64,000 nucleotides of DNA, from assembly GCA_963741945.1 (NCBI GenBank), contig CAVUKA010000003.1:416001-480000 (forward strand), written 5' to 3'. A program made the position numbers and the translations under genes. The notes beneath the pieces are model-generated. The model was not told where the DNA came from. It made no database searches and worked only from the letters and a program-made list of their open reading frames with translations. Shown here piece after piece: positions 39,316-50,211 of the stretch. The stretch comes from an uncultured Gemmatimonadales bacterium. Its GTDB lineage: Bacteria > Gemmatimonadota > Gemmatimonadetes > Longimicrobiales > RSA9. Position 1 is the first letter of the stretch, and every line of letters starts with the position of its first letter.

Positions 39316-39661
39316 CGCGCGGAGAACGCGGAGGAACAGCGGTCACGCGGAGGCGCGGAGAACGCGGAGGGGGCAGCGCTGGGATTGGGGGGGAGGGGCG
39401 TCGGGGGGTGGCCAGGGTACCGGGGACTCCGGGCAGCTTCGGGTCACCGGGCCAGCACAGGCCACACGAGGCGGCTCTGGCCGCGACGCCGGATCGGCCG
39501 CGAAGCGCGCTCGCGCCAGCCGAACCGGCTCTCGCCCCGACGCCGGATCCCGCCCCGCAGCCCGTTCGCGCCCCGATGCCCGATCCCGCCCCGATGCCGG
39601 CTGCGCCCCAGCTCCCCGGGGGCGCCCGCGAAGCCCTTCGCGATCTCCGCGTCTCCGCGTG
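39316..39661. repeat. Intergenic cassette with a 28-bp imperfect inverted repeat and an internal ~18-bp tandem repeat
   Basis: 39344-39371 matches the reverse complement of 39634-39661 at 25/28; CGCCCCGA(T/C)GCC.GATCC-like units x4 at 39533-39603. Confidence 0.8.
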
Positions 39662-39727
39662 CCTCCCGTCTCAGGCCTTTCCCTGCCCGCGCCCATCAGC
39701 GTCGTCGCGCGACGAGCGCTCCGCGCC

Positions 39728-40879
39728 TCACCGCTCCAGCATGGCGGCGATGCTCTCGTCGTGGGCGGCGGGGTGGGCGAGGACGGCCACATCGGCGGGG
39801 ATGCGCACATCCACGGGCTGGTCGCGCACGGCGCGGCGGAATCCTCTGCCTTCCAGGACGCGGTGAATGTAGATCCGGCGGACGATCACCAGCGTACTGG
39901 CGAGGACCGGAACCGCGACGAGCAGCCCGATGATCTCCATGAGGTGCGCCATGATGAGCACGCTCAGGAGCGTGAGCACGGGCGGTAGCGAGACCTGCCG
40001 CTCCATGATCATGGGCGCGACGAAATTGGCTTCCACCAGGTGGACCACCACCCCGAGCAGCGCGACCAGCAAGGCCTGGAGCGCGTGTCCCTGCCCCAGC
40101 ACGAAGACGGCCGGGAGGAGTGTGGAGACAAGCGTGCCGAAGAACGGGACAATGGCGACAATGCCGGTGAACACGCCGAAGGCCAGGGCGTAGGGAACGC
40201 GGAGGATCATGAGGCCCACCCAGGTGAAGGTCGCCAGGGTGAACATGGCCAGGAGCTGGCCCACGATCCAGCTGCGCAGCGTGACGGCGAGGTCGGTGAG
40301 GATGTCGCGCACCAGCTCCCGGTGCACGGGCGGTGCCAGCGCGATCAGCCCCTCGCGGTACATGGCCGGCCGGAGCGTCAGGTAGATGCCCATGACCAGC
40401 ACCGAGAAGAAGTGGATGAGGAACTGCATTCCGCTGAACACATACGGCACCACGCTGCGGAAATAGCTCCCGATCTCGGCGGCGATGTTTCCGACGTAGC
40501 TCTCGTTCTCGTCCAGGTGCCCGAACAGGTTGGCGACGAGCGGCTTGCTCTCCGCCAGGTGCACCATGTCGTCTTCCCAGCGCTCCAGCTGCTCCGGCAG
40601 CTGCTGCACCAGCTCACTCGTCTGCTCGGCGACGGGGGGAACGATCAGGGCGCCGATCCCCACCGTTGCGGCGATGGTGAAGAGGATGGCAAAGAGGAGC
40701 CCCAGCGGCCGCGGTACGGCCAGCCGCCGCTGGAGCGTGTCCGTGATGGCGCCCAGGTAGAGGGAGAAGAGGACGGCGATGAACAGCAGCAGCAGGATCT
40801 CCGCCACGCTGTACACGAACAGCAGGAACAGGAGGAAGAAGATCGTCGCGATGACGACGCCCGCGCCCCTCCGGTTCAT
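39728..40879 (-). CDS. AI-2E (PerM) family membrane transporter
   Basis: Multi-TM; WIVGQL, IVPFFG, EANFVAPMI, LPPV, GLLVAVP. Confidence 0.9.
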   Translation of the reverse strand: MNRRGAGVVIATIFFLLFLLFVYSVAEILLLLFIAVLFSLYLGAITDTLQRRLAVPRPLGLLFAILFTIAATVGIGALIVPPVAEQTSELVQQLPEQLERWEDDMVHLAESKPLVANLFGHLDENESYVGNIAAEIGSYFRSVVPYVFSGMQFLIHFFSVLVMGIYLTLRPAMYREGLIALAPPVHRELVRDILTDLAVTLRSWIVGQLLAMFTLATFTWVGLMILRVPYALAFGVFTGIVAIVPFFGTLVSTLLPAVFVLGQGHALQALLVALLGVVVHLVEANFVAPMIMERQVSLPPVLTLLSVLIMAHLMEIIGLLVAVPVLASTLVIVRRIYIHRVLEGRGFRRAVRDQPVDVRIPADVAVLAHPAAHDESIAAMLER

Positions 40880-40927
40880 CGGCGACTCCGGGAACGGTCC
40901 GCGCGCGGAGGGGGTCGCATCCGGCCG

Positions 40928-41695
40928 CTACTCCTCTTCCAGCTGCGCTTCCTGGATTTCGCCGTCCTCGTCATCGTGCGCGCCGCTGGGCAGCGAGGCC
41001 GGCTGCTTCCGAGGGCTCGGCAGCCCCATCTGCTCCTTGAGTGCGGCGAGCCGCCGCTCCACGTCGCCGCCGTTCCCGCCCTCCAGCTGCTTGAACTCCG
41101 TCTCCAGGGAGTCGCCGGTCAGGGTCTGGGTGACCTCGGAGGCGGCCAGCGCCTTCCGCTCCGATTCCTCGATCTTCTCCGCCACGCGCTCGAAAGCGTC
41201 GAACGCCGAACGATCGGAGAGACCGGACATGGTCTCGTGGATTCGACGCTGTGCCTGCGCCCGCTTCTGCTTCGCGACCAGGAGGTTCTTCTTCCGCTTC
41301 GCCTCCTCGATCTTGTCGTTCAGATCACGCAGCGACGACTTGACCTTCTCCGTCTCCTGGGCCTGACGGCGCCAGGTCTCCTCCATCGCGTGCGCCCGCT
41401 CCGCGTGCTCCTGCTGGCGCAGCAGCGCCTGCTTGGCCAGGTCGTCGCGGTTCTCCTTCACCGCCAGCATGGCCCGGCGCTCCCATTCCGCCGCCTGCCT
41501 CGCCTCCTCCTCCACCTGCGAGCGCAGCTTCTGCTCGTCCGCGATGGCCAGCGCCACTTCCTGCTTCGCCTTGCTCAGCTGCTCGCGCATGTCGGCGATC
41601 AGCTGGTTCAGCACCTTCTCCGGGTTCTCCGCCCGCGCGATGGCGTCATTGATGTTGGAGCGAAGCAGCAGCGATAGCTTCTGGAAAATGCCCAT
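40928..41695 (-). CDS. pspA: PspA/IM30 (Vipp1/ESCRT-III-like) protein
   Basis: MGIFQKL..LLRSNIN, ENPEKVLNQ, WERRA, DDLAKQAL, coiled coil, LAALK. Confidence 0.93.
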   Translation of the reverse strand: MGIFQKLSLLLRSNINDAIARAENPEKVLNQLIADMREQLSKAKQEVALAIADEQKLRSQVEEEARQAAEWERRAMLAVKENRDDLAKQALLRQQEHAERAHAMEETWRRQAQETEKVKSSLRDLNDKIEEAKRKKNLLVAKQKRAQAQRRIHETMSGLSDRSAFDAFERVAEKIEESERKALAASEVTQTLTGDSLETEFKQLEGGNGGDVERRLAALKEQMGLPSPRKQPASLPSGAHDDEDGEIQEAQLEEE

Positions 41696-41700
41696 GACCG

Positions 41701-42108
41701 TCAGCCCTTGTGTGCGACTGGGAGGAGCTCCGCCAGCTCCTTCATGTGACTCGATGCGGCGAAGACAATGCTCTCGAACGACGCCCGCAGCTCCTGGAAG
41801 TCCAGCGTCTCGAGCTCCAGTGCGTCGCTCAGTGCGATGTCCCCCTCTTCGATCCCGTAGCTGCCGTGCACCAGGTCCGACGCGTTCAGCTCCAGCAGCT
41901 TCCGGTACAGCGGCGCCAGCTGCTGATCGCTCGGGTCCTGCGGCAGGTCCATCACCTTCAGCCGGAGCAGCACCACCGGCGGCGAGAACGTCACTACGAC
42001 GTTCGTCCCGCCCTCATCCCCCTGCAGCACCCACATGTTCTCCTCGACCTCTTCCGCCTCCGCGCCCATGCGGATGAAGTACGATTCGAGATCGTCGCGA
42101 TTGATCAT
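41701..42108 (-). CDS. CesT/YbjN-like chaperone-fold protein
   Basis: Acidic 135 aa; LYRKLLELNA...HGSYGI...LELETLD; 5 bp upstream of pspA. Confidence 0.75.
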   Translation of the reverse strand: MINRDDLESYFIRMGAEAEEVEENMWVLQGDEGGTNVVVTFSPPVVLLRLKVMDLPQDPSDQQLAPLYRKLLELNASDLVHGSYGIEEGDIALSDALELETLDFQELRASFESIVFAASSHMKELAELLPVAHKG

Positions 42109-42309
42109 TGGCCTCAGTCTCCATCTCGGGAAAACCTGCCGATCCGTACGGTACCCAAGGAGTTGTGGTTTCGGCAAGGCGGGAGGCGCACGGGGTGCCG
42201 CGTCGCGGGGGCGGGACTGCCCGCGCTGCGCCATGCCCGGTGCCTCGCCCGATTCCGAATGGGCGCATATGTTGACCCCTGTCAACTTCATCGTACCCGG
42301 GGGGAATCC

Positions 42310-42795
42310 ATGAGCGAAAAGAGCATCAAGCTGCTGAACCAGGGGCTGGCGGACGAGCTGTGGGCGGTTCACCAGTACATGTATTTCCACGTCCATTGTG
42401 ACGACCAGGGTTACGACCTGCTGGCCGGCCTGTTCAAGCGCACGGCGATCGCGGAAATGCACCACATCGAGGAGTTCGCCGAGCGCATTCTCTTCCTGGG
42501 CGGGGACGTGGAGATGAAGGCGTCGCACGAGGTGGAGGACATCCGGGACCTGCGCGGAATGCTGGAGAAGGCACTGGAAATGGAGCAGGGCGCGGTGAAG
42601 ACGTACAACGCGTCGGCGAACGAGAGCAGCGCCAACTCGGATGCCGGCTCACGGAAGATCTTCGAGGACCTGGTGACGGACGAGGAAGGGCACGCGGACG
42701 CGTTCGATACGGAGCTGGGGCACCTGGACCGGTACGGCGAGCAGTACCTGGCGCTGCAGTCGATCGAGCGGGCGAAGAGCCTCGCGGAGGGGTGA
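42310..42795 (+). CDS. bfr: Bacterioferritin
   Basis: ELWAVHQY, EMHH (heme Met), ERILFLGG, EQGA, DEEGH ferroxidase residues. Confidence 0.92.
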   Translation: MSEKSIKLLNQGLADELWAVHQYMYFHVHCDDQGYDLLAGLFKRTAIAEMHHIEEFAERILFLGGDVEMKASHEVEDIRDLRGMLEKALEMEQGAVKTYNASANESSANSDAGSRKIFEDLVTDEEGHADAFDTELGHLDRYGEQYLALQSIERAKSLAEG

Positions 42796-42840
42796 GCGCG
42801 GCCGCGCGACCGCGGCAGGCGGTCTGAGCGCGCGGCACCA

Positions 42841-42879
42841 TGATGGCCCCCGGCGGCGGCTGGCCTCCGGGGGCCATCA
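42841..42879. terminator. Hairpin between convergent bfr and uvrA
   Basis: Perfect 13-bp stem TGATGGCCCCCGG/CCGGGGGCCATCA; no U tract. Confidence 0.6.
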
Positions 42880-42893
42880 CCCTCCGTGGGCCA

Positions 42894-45788
42894 TCAGCCG
42901 ACAGGGGCGAGGCCCAGGACGTCCGCGAGGAAGCGACCGGTGTGCGAGACGGGATTCGCGGCCACGGACTCCGGGCTCCCCTCCGCCACGATCCGGCCAC
43001 CGGCCTCGCCGCCTTCCGGGCCGAGGTCGACGATCCAGTCGCCAGTCTTGATCACGTCCATGTTGTGCTCGATCACAATGACCGTGTTCCCCTTGTCCAC
43101 CAGGCGGTGGAGGACGGTCAGGAGCATGCGGACATCCTCGAAATGGAGCCCGGTGGTGGGCTCGTCGAGGATGTAGAGCGTCTGCCCGGTGTCGCGCTTG
43201 GCCAGCTCCGTCGCCAGCTTCACCCGCTGCGCCTCGCCGCCGCTCAGGGTGGTCGCGGACTGCCCCAGGTGGATGTAGCCGAGCCCGACGTCGCTCAGGG
43301 TCTGGAGCCGTCGCCTGATGGAGGGGATGGCATCGAAGAACTCGAGCGCCTCGTCCACGGTCATCTCCAGCACGTCCGCAATGCTGCGGCCCTTGTAGAG
43401 CACTTCCAGCGTCTCGCGGTTGTAGCGCTTTCCGCGGCACACCTCGCACGGGATGTACACATCGGGGAGGAAGTGCATCTCGATCTTCACGAGGCCATCG
43501 CCGCTGCACGCCTCGCAGCGCCCGCCCTTGACGTTGAAGCTGAAGCGCCCGGGCGCGTAGCCGCGGATCTTCGACTCGGGCAGCTCGGCGAAGAGGTTGC
43601 GGATGGGAGTGAAGAGCCCTGTGTACGTGGCCGGATTGGAGCGGGGCGTGCGCCCGATGGGCGACTGGTCGATGTCGATGACCTTGTCCACGCGCTCCAC
43701 GCCATCCAGCCCGTCGTGCGCGCCGGGGATGGTGCGCCGGCGGTAGAAGTGCCGGGCCAGCGCCTCGTAGAGGATCTCGTTCACGAGGGTGCTCTTCCCC
43801 GACCCGCTCACGCCCGTGACGCAGGTGAACGTGCCGAGGGGGAAGTGCACGTCGATGTCCTTGAGGTTGTTGGCGCGCGCGCCCCGGACGACGAGTGTGG
43901 CCTCGGGGTCCGGCGTCCGCCGCTCGGGCGGCGTCGGGATCTCGCGATCCCCGCGCAGGTAGGCGCCGGTGAGCGAGCGCTCGGCGGCCAGGATGTCGTC
44001 CAGCCGCCCTTCCGCCACCACCTCGCCTCCGTGGCGACCGGCCCCGGGTCCCAGGTCGATGACGTGGTCGGCGGCGCGGATGGTCTCCTCATCGTGTTCG
44101 ACCACGATGACGGTGTTCCCCAGGTCCCGCAGCTGCCGTAGCGTGTGCAGCAGCCGCTCGTTGTCGCGCTGGTGGAGCCCGATGCTGGGCTCGTCGAGGA
44201 TGTAGAGGACGCCGACGAGGCGGCTCCCGATCTGCGTCGCCAGCCGGATCCGCTGCGCTTCCCCGCCCGAAAGCGTCTCGGCGCTGCGACCGAGGGTGAT
44301 GTAGTCGAGCCCGACATTGGTGAGGAAGCGGAGCCGCTCGCTCACCTCCTTGAGGATCGGCCGCGCGATCTTGGCCGGCAGCGCGTCGGGGTCGTCGGGC
44401 GTCGTATCGCTGACGGCGAGGGACGTGAAGAACTCGAGTGCGCGGCTGACGCTCAGGTCCGTGGCGAAGCCGATGGACTCGCCGGCGACGGTCACCGCCA
44501 GGCTCTCGGGGCGCAGCCGGTGCCCACCGCAGGCGCGGCACGGCTGTGTCAGCATGTAGTCCCGGAGCTGATCCCGGACGTTCTCGGAGCCCGTCTCCTC
44601 GTAGCGCCGCATCACGTTGGCGAGGACGCCTTCCCACGGCTCCTTGTAGCTCCCCTTGCGGCCGCCCGTGCTGTAGGGAAACGAGACCTCCGTGTCGCCC
44701 GAGCCGAAGAGGACGGCGTGGCGAACGTCCTCGTCCAGGTCACCCCAGTTCGTGTTGGCGTCGAAGCCGTAGTGCTCCTCCAGCCCGGGAATCACCGAGC
44801 GGCGCAGATGGCCGGTGGGCGCGCCCCAGGGCAGGATCACGCCCTCGAGGATGGAGATCGACGGGTCTCCCACCACCAGCTCCTCGCTCACTTCGAGGCG
44901 AGTGCCCAGCCCGCCGCACGCCTCGCACGCGCCGTAGGGCGAGTTGAAGCTGAACTGGCGTGGCTCGATCTCCGGGATGGACGTGCCGCAATGGACGCAG
45001 GCGAAGCGCTCGGAGAAGAGGTAGGTGCCCGGCTCGGCTTCGCCCGGGCCGTCGCCGCCGTTCCGGGGCGCGTGCAGGACGACTTCCACGATGCCTTCTG
45101 CGGTCTTCAGAGCCGTTTCGATGGAGTCGGCCAGCCGCGCACGGTCATCGGGGCGGACCACGAGGCGGTCCACCACGACGGCGATCTCGTGGTTCTCGTA
45201 GCGGTTCAGCGTCGGCGGCTGCTCGAGGTCGTGGGTCTCGCCATTCACGCGCACGCGGACGAAGCCCTTCTTCCGCGCTTCGTCGAACAGCTCCCGGAAC
45301 TCGCCCTTCCGACCCCGCACGAGCGGCGCGAGCACTTCGATCCGTGCGCCCTCGGGCCAGAGGAGGATCCGGTCGGCGATCTGCCCGGCCGTCTGCGGCC
45401 GCACGGGGCGTCCGCAGGTGTGGCAGTGGGGCGTGCCCACGCGCGCCCAGAGGAGCCGCAGGTAGTCGTAGATCTCCGTGACCGTGCCGACGGTCGAGCG
45501 GGGATTCCTGCCGGTGGTCTTCTGCTCGATGGAGATGGCCGGGCTCAGCCCCTCGATCACGTCCACGTCCGGCTTCTCCATCACCCCCAGGAACTGCCGG
45601 GCGTACGCGGACAAGGACTCCACGTAGCGCCGCTGCCCTTCGGCGTAGATGGTGTCGAACGCCAGCGAGCTCTTCCCCGAGCCGCTGATGCCCGTGATGA
45701 CCACCAGGTGATCCCTGGGGATCGATACGTCGATGTTCCGGAGGTTGTGCTCGCGCGCGCCGCGAACGATCAGCTTTTCGTCTGCCAT
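42894..45788 (-). CDS. uvrA: Excinuclease ABC subunit A
   Basis: GAREHNL, two GxSGSGKS Walker A motifs, [19 protein letters not shown] x2, zinc fingers. Confidence 0.98.
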   Translation of the reverse strand: MADEKLIVRGAREHNLRNIDVSIPRDHLVVITGISGSGKSSLAFDTIYAEGQRRYVESLSAYARQFLGVMEKPDVDVIEGLSPAISIEQKTTGRNPRSTVGTVTEIYDYLRLLWARVGTPHCHTCGRPVRPQTAGQIADRILLWPEGARIEVLAPLVRGRKGEFRELFDEARKKGFVRVRVNGETHDLEQPPTLNRYENHEIAVVVDRLVVRPDDRARLADSIETALKTAEGIVEVVLHAPRNGGDGPGEAEPGTYLFSERFACVHCGTSIPEIEPRQFSFNSPYGACEACGGLGTRLEVSEELVVGDPSISILEGVILPWGAPTGHLRRSVIPGLEEHYGFDANTNWGDLDEDVRHAVLFGSGDTEVSFPYSTGGRKGSYKEPWEGVLANVMRRYEETGSENVRDQLRDYMLTQPCRACGGHRLRPESLAVTVAGESIGFATDLSVSRALEFFTSLAVSDTTPDDPDALPAKIARPILKEVSERLRFLTNVGLDYITLGRSAETLSGGEAQRIRLATQIGSRLVGVLYILDEPSIGLHQRDNERLLHTLRQLRDLGNTVIVVEHDEETIRAADHVIDLGPGAGRHGGEVVAEGRLDDILAAERSLTGAYLRGDREIPTPPERRTPDPEATLVVRGARANNLKDIDVHFPLGTFTCVTGVSGSGKSTLVNEILYEALARHFYRRRTIPGAHDGLDGVERVDKVIDIDQSPIGRTPRSNPATYTGLFTPIRNLFAELPESKIRGYAPGRFSFNVKGGRCEACSGDGLVKIEMHFLPDVYIPCEVCRGKRYNRETLEVLYKGRSIADVLEMTVDEALEFFDAIPSIRRRLQTLSDVGLGYIHLGQSATTLSGGEAQRVKLATELAKRDTGQTLYILDEPTTGLHFEDVRMLLTVLHRLVDKGNTVIVIEHNMDVIKTGDWIVDLGPEGGEAGGRIVAEGSPESVAANPVSHTGRFLADVLGLAPVG

Positions 45789-45949
45789 ATCACCGGGGCC
45801 AGGAGTGGTGAGCCGAAGGGCAGTGATACACCGGCAGGTGGGTCGTGGTCCAGAGGTGGCCTCAGCCCCGCGCGGGGCTTGTCGGCACGGCCTTGCGGCC
45901 TCGCAGGTCTGCGTCCGGCAGTGCCTGCGAGGCCGTCAGGCCGAGCGTT

Positions 45950-48370
45950 CTACCGGGCGGCCGCCGGTCGCGCCTCGGCGCCCTTCACGTACCGATCGAA
46001 CCACGCGACCATCTCGTTGAGCGTGGTCATGATGGACTCGCGGGCGCGGTAGCCGTGGCTCTCCGCGGGCAGCATGACCAGGCGGGCCGTGCCGCCGAGG
46101 CCTTTCATGGCGTGGTACATCCGCTCGCTCTGGATCGGGAAGGTGCCGCTGTTGTTGTCCGCGATCCCGTGGATCATGAGGAGCGGCTCGTCGATGTCCT
46201 GGGCGTGCATGAACGGCGACATCTCGTAGTAGATGTCGGGCGCCTCCCAGTACGTTCGCCGCTCGTTCTGGAAGCCGAACGGCGTGAGCGTCCGGTTGTA
46301 GGCGCCACTGCGCGCGATCCCGGCCCGGAACAGATCGGAGTGCGCCAGGAGGTTCGCCGTCATGAACGCGCCGTAGCTGTGGCCACCCACGCCCATCCGG
46401 TCGCGGTCACCGACGCCCATCTCCACCAGCTTGTCCACCGCCGCCTGCGCACTGGCCACGAGCTGCTGGACGTACGTGTTGTTGGCCGTGTCGCCGCCGA
46501 TGATCGGCATGCTCGGCCCGTCGAACACGGCGTAGCCCTGCGTGAGGAAGAAGAGATGGCTCGGGCCGGTGAACGTGGTGAAGCGGTTCTCCGACGAGCG
46601 CACCTGGCCGGCGGCGGCCGCGGAGACGAATTCCCTGGGGTAGGCCCACATGACCACCGGCAGCCGCTGCCCGGCCGTATAGCCGGCGGGCAGGTAGAGC
46701 GTCCCGCTCAGCGGCACGCCATCCGCCCGCTCGTAGACCACGAGCTGCTTCGTAATCCCGTGCAGCTCGGGCGCCGGGTCCTCGAACGACGTCACGGCGC
46801 GATCGCCGTTCGCGGCCAGGTCCAGCACGTGGTAATTGGGCGGCTCGGTCTTCGACTCGCGACGGGTCAGCACCCGCGCGGCACCGGGCTCGAGGACGTC
46901 CACCACCTGCTCGTACTCGTCCGCCCCGGACTGCCAGAGACGCTCGGTCTGGAACGTCGCCAGATCGAGGCGGTCGAGGAACGGCCGGTCGCCCTCGGGT
47001 GAAGCGCCGGCGCCGGTCAGATAGATGGCGTCACCGTCCTGGAGCAGGACCTGCCCGCCCACGGGCGTGCTCACCAGCTCGGGCCGCCCGGGGTCGCCGT
47101 AGGCATCCTCGCGGCTGCGGTCCCAGAGCAGGCGCCGCTCCGCGCGCGGGCGATCGGGATCGAAGACCCACGTCCGCACCCATTCCCGCCTTCGGTCATA
47201 GTCGCTCAGCAGGGCGACGCCGTTCTGGCCCCAGTCGATGCCGGCATAGCGCTCGCCGGTGCGGGCGAGCTCACCGGGCTCACCCGTGAACGGCGCGTCC
47301 AGCTGGAGAACGCGGTCGCGATTCTCCACTTTGCGCTCCGGGTCGCCGCCGTCGAGTGCTTCCGACCACACCAGGGATGCGGGGCGCAGGGGCCGCCACT
47401 CCAGGTTACGCGGTCCGGTGCGAACGCCGCGGATCGGAACGTCGTCGGCGATGGGGAGGTCGGCGAGCAGACGGAGGAGGTCGCCCTGCCGGTTCCAGAT
47501 CTCGTACGCCACTGGGAAGTCGTAAACGGGGACGAGGTACGAGTACGGCCGGTGGACCCGGCGGACCAGCAGGTAGTCCCCGCTGGGCGATGGCGAAACC
47601 CCCTGGAAGACGGCGGGGCTCCCCACCGGCGTGGTCCGGCCGGTGGTCACATCAACCAGCGCCACGCGCGAAGTCATGTAGTAGTCGAACAGCGCTTCGT
47701 CGTGCGGGTTCTCCAGCAGGTCCTCATACGTCCGAACCGGGGCCACGCGCCCGCGGGTCTCCTGAACCACGGGTCCCGCGGGGACGTCCGGCGCCGGCGG
47801 CGGTGCGCCCCGGTCCGCAGGCACCATGAGGCAGACCAGCGAAGCGCCATCCGGCATCCAGTCACAGCCGCCGGCCACGGCGTTCACGTTGCGGGCCACG
47901 AGGCGCCCCTCACCGGTGGCGACGTCCACCACCCACTGGTCCACACCGTCGTCGCGCGTGAGCGGGAACGTGAAGCGAGCCCCGTCCGGCGACCACGACG
48001 CGAGCCCGGGCGAGCCCTGGCCGATCTTCACCGGCCGGCGAGCCCCGTCGGCCAGCCTGACCAGGTCGAAGCCGGTGAGGGTGATGTAGGGGGCGGCGCT
48101 GCCGTTCGTCGCCGGGTTGATCCGCAGCCCCGCGATCCGGAGCATCGGCTGGGCGACTTCGGCGATCGGCGGCATGCTCGCCCGGTTCTGGAGCAGCAGC
48201 CACTCACCTCGTGGACCCGTGGTCCCCACAGGGAACGCGGCCGCGTCGAGGATCTGCGGGATCGGCGCGGGCGGCGTACTGTAGCCGCCCTGCGCGGTGA
48301 GGGGGGCGAACATAAACGCGACCAGCGCGGCCGCAGCGACGGCCGAGCGGAAGGGAGACAACCGAGGCAT
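45950..48370 (-). CDS. Exported S9 prolyl oligopeptidase-family peptidase
   Basis: Signal peptide; WAYPREF, GGHSYG, GIARSGAYN, DNNSG, ESHGY. Confidence 0.92.
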   Translation of the reverse strand: MPRLSPFRSAVAAAALVAFMFAPLTAQGGYSTPPAPIPQILDAAAFPVGTTGPRGEWLLLQNRASMPPIAEVAQPMLRIAGLRINPATNGSAAPYITLTGFDLVRLADGARRPVKIGQGSPGLASWSPDGARFTFPLTRDDGVDQWVVDVATGEGRLVARNVNAVAGGCDWMPDGASLVCLMVPADRGAPPPAPDVPAGPVVQETRGRVAPVRTYEDLLENPHDEALFDYYMTSRVALVDVTTGRTTPVGSPAVFQGVSPSPSGDYLLVRRVHRPYSYLVPVYDFPVAYEIWNRQGDLLRLLADLPIADDVPIRGVRTGPRNLEWRPLRPASLVWSEALDGGDPERKVENRDRVLQLDAPFTGEPGELARTGERYAGIDWGQNGVALLSDYDRRREWVRTWVFDPDRPRAERRLLWDRSREDAYGDPGRPELVSTPVGGQVLLQDGDAIYLTGAGASPEGDRPFLDRLDLATFQTERLWQSGADEYEQVVDVLEPGAARVLTRRESKTEPPNYHVLDLAANGDRAVTSFEDPAPELHGITKQLVVYERADGVPLSGTLYLPAGYTAGQRLPVVMWAYPREFVSAAAAGQVRSSENRFTTFTGPSHLFFLTQGYAVFDGPSMPIIGGDTANNTYVQQLVASAQAAVDKLVEMGVGDRDRMGVGGHSYGAFMTANLLAHSDLFRAGIARSGAYNRTLTPFGFQNERRTYWEAPDIYYEMSPFMHAQDIDEPLLMIHGIADNNSGTFPIQSERMYHAMKGLGGTARLVMLPAESHGYRARESIMTTLNEMVAWFDRYVKGAEARPAAAR

Positions 48371-48618
48371 CGTTGGCACTCCGTTCTTGGCTGGCGTGCA
48401 ATCCGGGCAGCTGGAGCCGGATGCCGCCTGGCACGTGGGCTCGTCCGCGGCCCGCACGACGGCGCGCCACGGCCGGGGTCTCAGCGCGACGCAACATCGC
48501 GCGATCGCTTCGGCTTCGTCTCGGAGAAACACCCCTCAGCGGGAGCCGGTAAGATGAGACGTTCGCCCCCCGGAGGCCACCCCCGCGCGAAGCCGCGCCG
48601 GGAGGTGAGCGCCCCGGT

Positions 48619-49182
48619 CTACCTCACCCGCTCGATGTACGTCCCCTCTTCCGGGTCCACCCGCACGATCTCGCCCTTGTCGACGAACGCAGGGACCTGG
48701 ATGACGACGCCGTTCTCCAGCTTGGCGGGCTTGGTGACGGAGGTGCGCGTGTCGCCGCGGACGCCGGGCTCGGTCTCGACCACCTGGAGCTCCAGCGTGC
48801 GGGGGAGCTGCACGCCGAGGGGAGAGCCTTCGAGGAACTCCACCTGCACGTCCATGTTCGGCACGAGCCACTGCGCGGAGTCGCCCAGGGTGTCATCGCC
48901 GATGGGGAACTGCTCGAAGGTCTCGTTGTTCATGAAGTAGTGGTGATGGCCATCATGGTACAGGAACTGGAGCTCCTGCGTCATCATCTCGGCCTTCTCC
49001 ACCGTGTCGGCGGACCGGAACCGATGCTCGAAGATCGTCCCCGTGAGGATGTTCTTCAGCTTGGTCTGCATGTATGCCGGGCCCTTGCCTGGCTTGATGT
49101 GCTGGAACTCCACGACGCGGCACGGCTCACCATCGTGCATGATCACGGTGCCGCGGCGGAGCTGTGAGGCCGACATCGCCAT
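48619..49182 (-). CDS. efp: Elongation factor P
   Basis: HIKPGKGPA, FRSAD, TEPGVRGDT, KPAKLENG...VPAFV..G, YIER. Confidence 0.96.
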   Translation of the reverse strand: MAMSASQLRRGTVIMHDGEPCRVVEFQHIKPGKGPAYMQTKLKNILTGTIFEHRFRSADTVEKAEMMTQELQFLYHDGHHHYFMNNETFEQFPIGDDTLGDSAQWLVPNMDVQVEFLEGSPLGVQLPRTLELQVVETEPGVRGDTRTSVTKPAKLENGVVIQVPAFVDKGEIVRVDPEEGTYIERVR

Positions 49183-49319
49183 GGATGCGCGTGCTCCAGT
49201 TCCCGGTCCAGAATACGACGGCCCCGCGTGCGCGAGGCCTGGAAGCCTTGGAATGTCGCGGGGCTGCGGCCCCCGGGCAAGCCCCGGGTCCGCGCGGCCC
49301 GGTCGGCGGCCGGCGACCG

Positions 49320-50186
49320 CTACTCCTCGCGGGTGTGGCGGTCCAGCCAGGCAACGATGAGCGGCCAGACCTCGCGGTGCGCGGCGCGGCTGACCACGAT
49401 CCCGGGGTGGGTGAAGTCCTCCGTGAAGCCGGTGTCCCGTCCGGCGAGGACGTATTCCGCTTCGGGACTCCCCACCATGTCCACCAGAGCGCGGCACGCG
49501 TCGGACGGGGCGAACGTGTTGTCGCCGGCGCCGCTGATGGCGAGGAGCGGCGTCTGGATGTCGGCCAGTCGCCGCACGTAGTCGATGCCGTCGTCCCCCC
49601 GCCATTCCCGCCGCAGGTTCCAGTTGATCCACTGGATCATGACGCCGGGGAGCTCGTCTTCCGGGCCGAGCCCGAGTCTGCGGGCGGGGAAGCGGCCGAG
49701 GACGCGGGACGTGGCCCGGATGGCCAGGGCGGCCACGCGTCGCCAGCGTTGGAGCCAGGGCACAGGGGTTCCGAGGACCACCACGCTGGCCACCCGCTCG
49801 CGGAGCGCCGGCTCGCCCGCCAGGGCAATGAGCATGGACGCGCCGCCGGCGGAGTGTCCAACGAGGGACACGGGGCGACTGTCGCCGGAGCTTGCGGCCA
49901 CGGCAGCGGGGACATCCAGGCGTCCCCAGTCCTCGAAGCGCCAGTCGCGGCCGCGGGGCCGCTCGCTCCCGCCGTGCCCGCGGGGATCGAGGACCACGGC
50001 CTCGTAGCCGGAATCGGCCAGGTGCCACGCCATCCCCCGCCCCCGGGTCCCGAGCCAGAACGTATGGTTCGAGAACGTGCCGGGCATGAGCAGCACGGGC
50101 GGGGCGTCCGGGTCACCGACGCGGTACAGGGCGAGTCGGGTGCCGTCGGCCGCAACGGCCTCTTCCCGGCGGACGCGCATCGTCAT
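49320..50186 (-). CDS. Alpha/beta-fold hydrolase
   Basis: DPRGHGGS, GHSAGG nucleophile elbow, GAGD, C-terminal His. Confidence 0.88.
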   Translation of the reverse strand: MTMRVRREEAVAADGTRLALYRVGDPDAPPVLLMPGTFSNHTFWLGTRGRGMAWHLADSGYEAVVLDPRGHGGSERPRGRDWRFEDWGRLDVPAAVAASSGDSRPVSLVGHSAGGASMLIALAGEPALRERVASVVVLGTPVPWLQRWRRVAALAIRATSRVLGRFPARRLGLGPEDELPGVMIQWINWNLRREWRGDDGIDYVRRLADIQTPLLAISGAGDNTFAPSDACRALVDMVGSPEAEYVLAGRDTGFTEDFTHPGIVVSRAAHREVWPLIVAWLDRHTREE

Positions 50187-50211
50187 GGGGTCCACGCTTC
50201 CGGGCCCCCGC

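Noticed and set aside
39533-39603. CRISPR array
   Set aside because: Units are ~18 bp, contiguous and degenerate, with no unique spacers and no cas genes.
41701-42108. Type III secretion system component
   Set aside because: Only the chaperone fold is present, coupled to pspA, with no T3SS genes.
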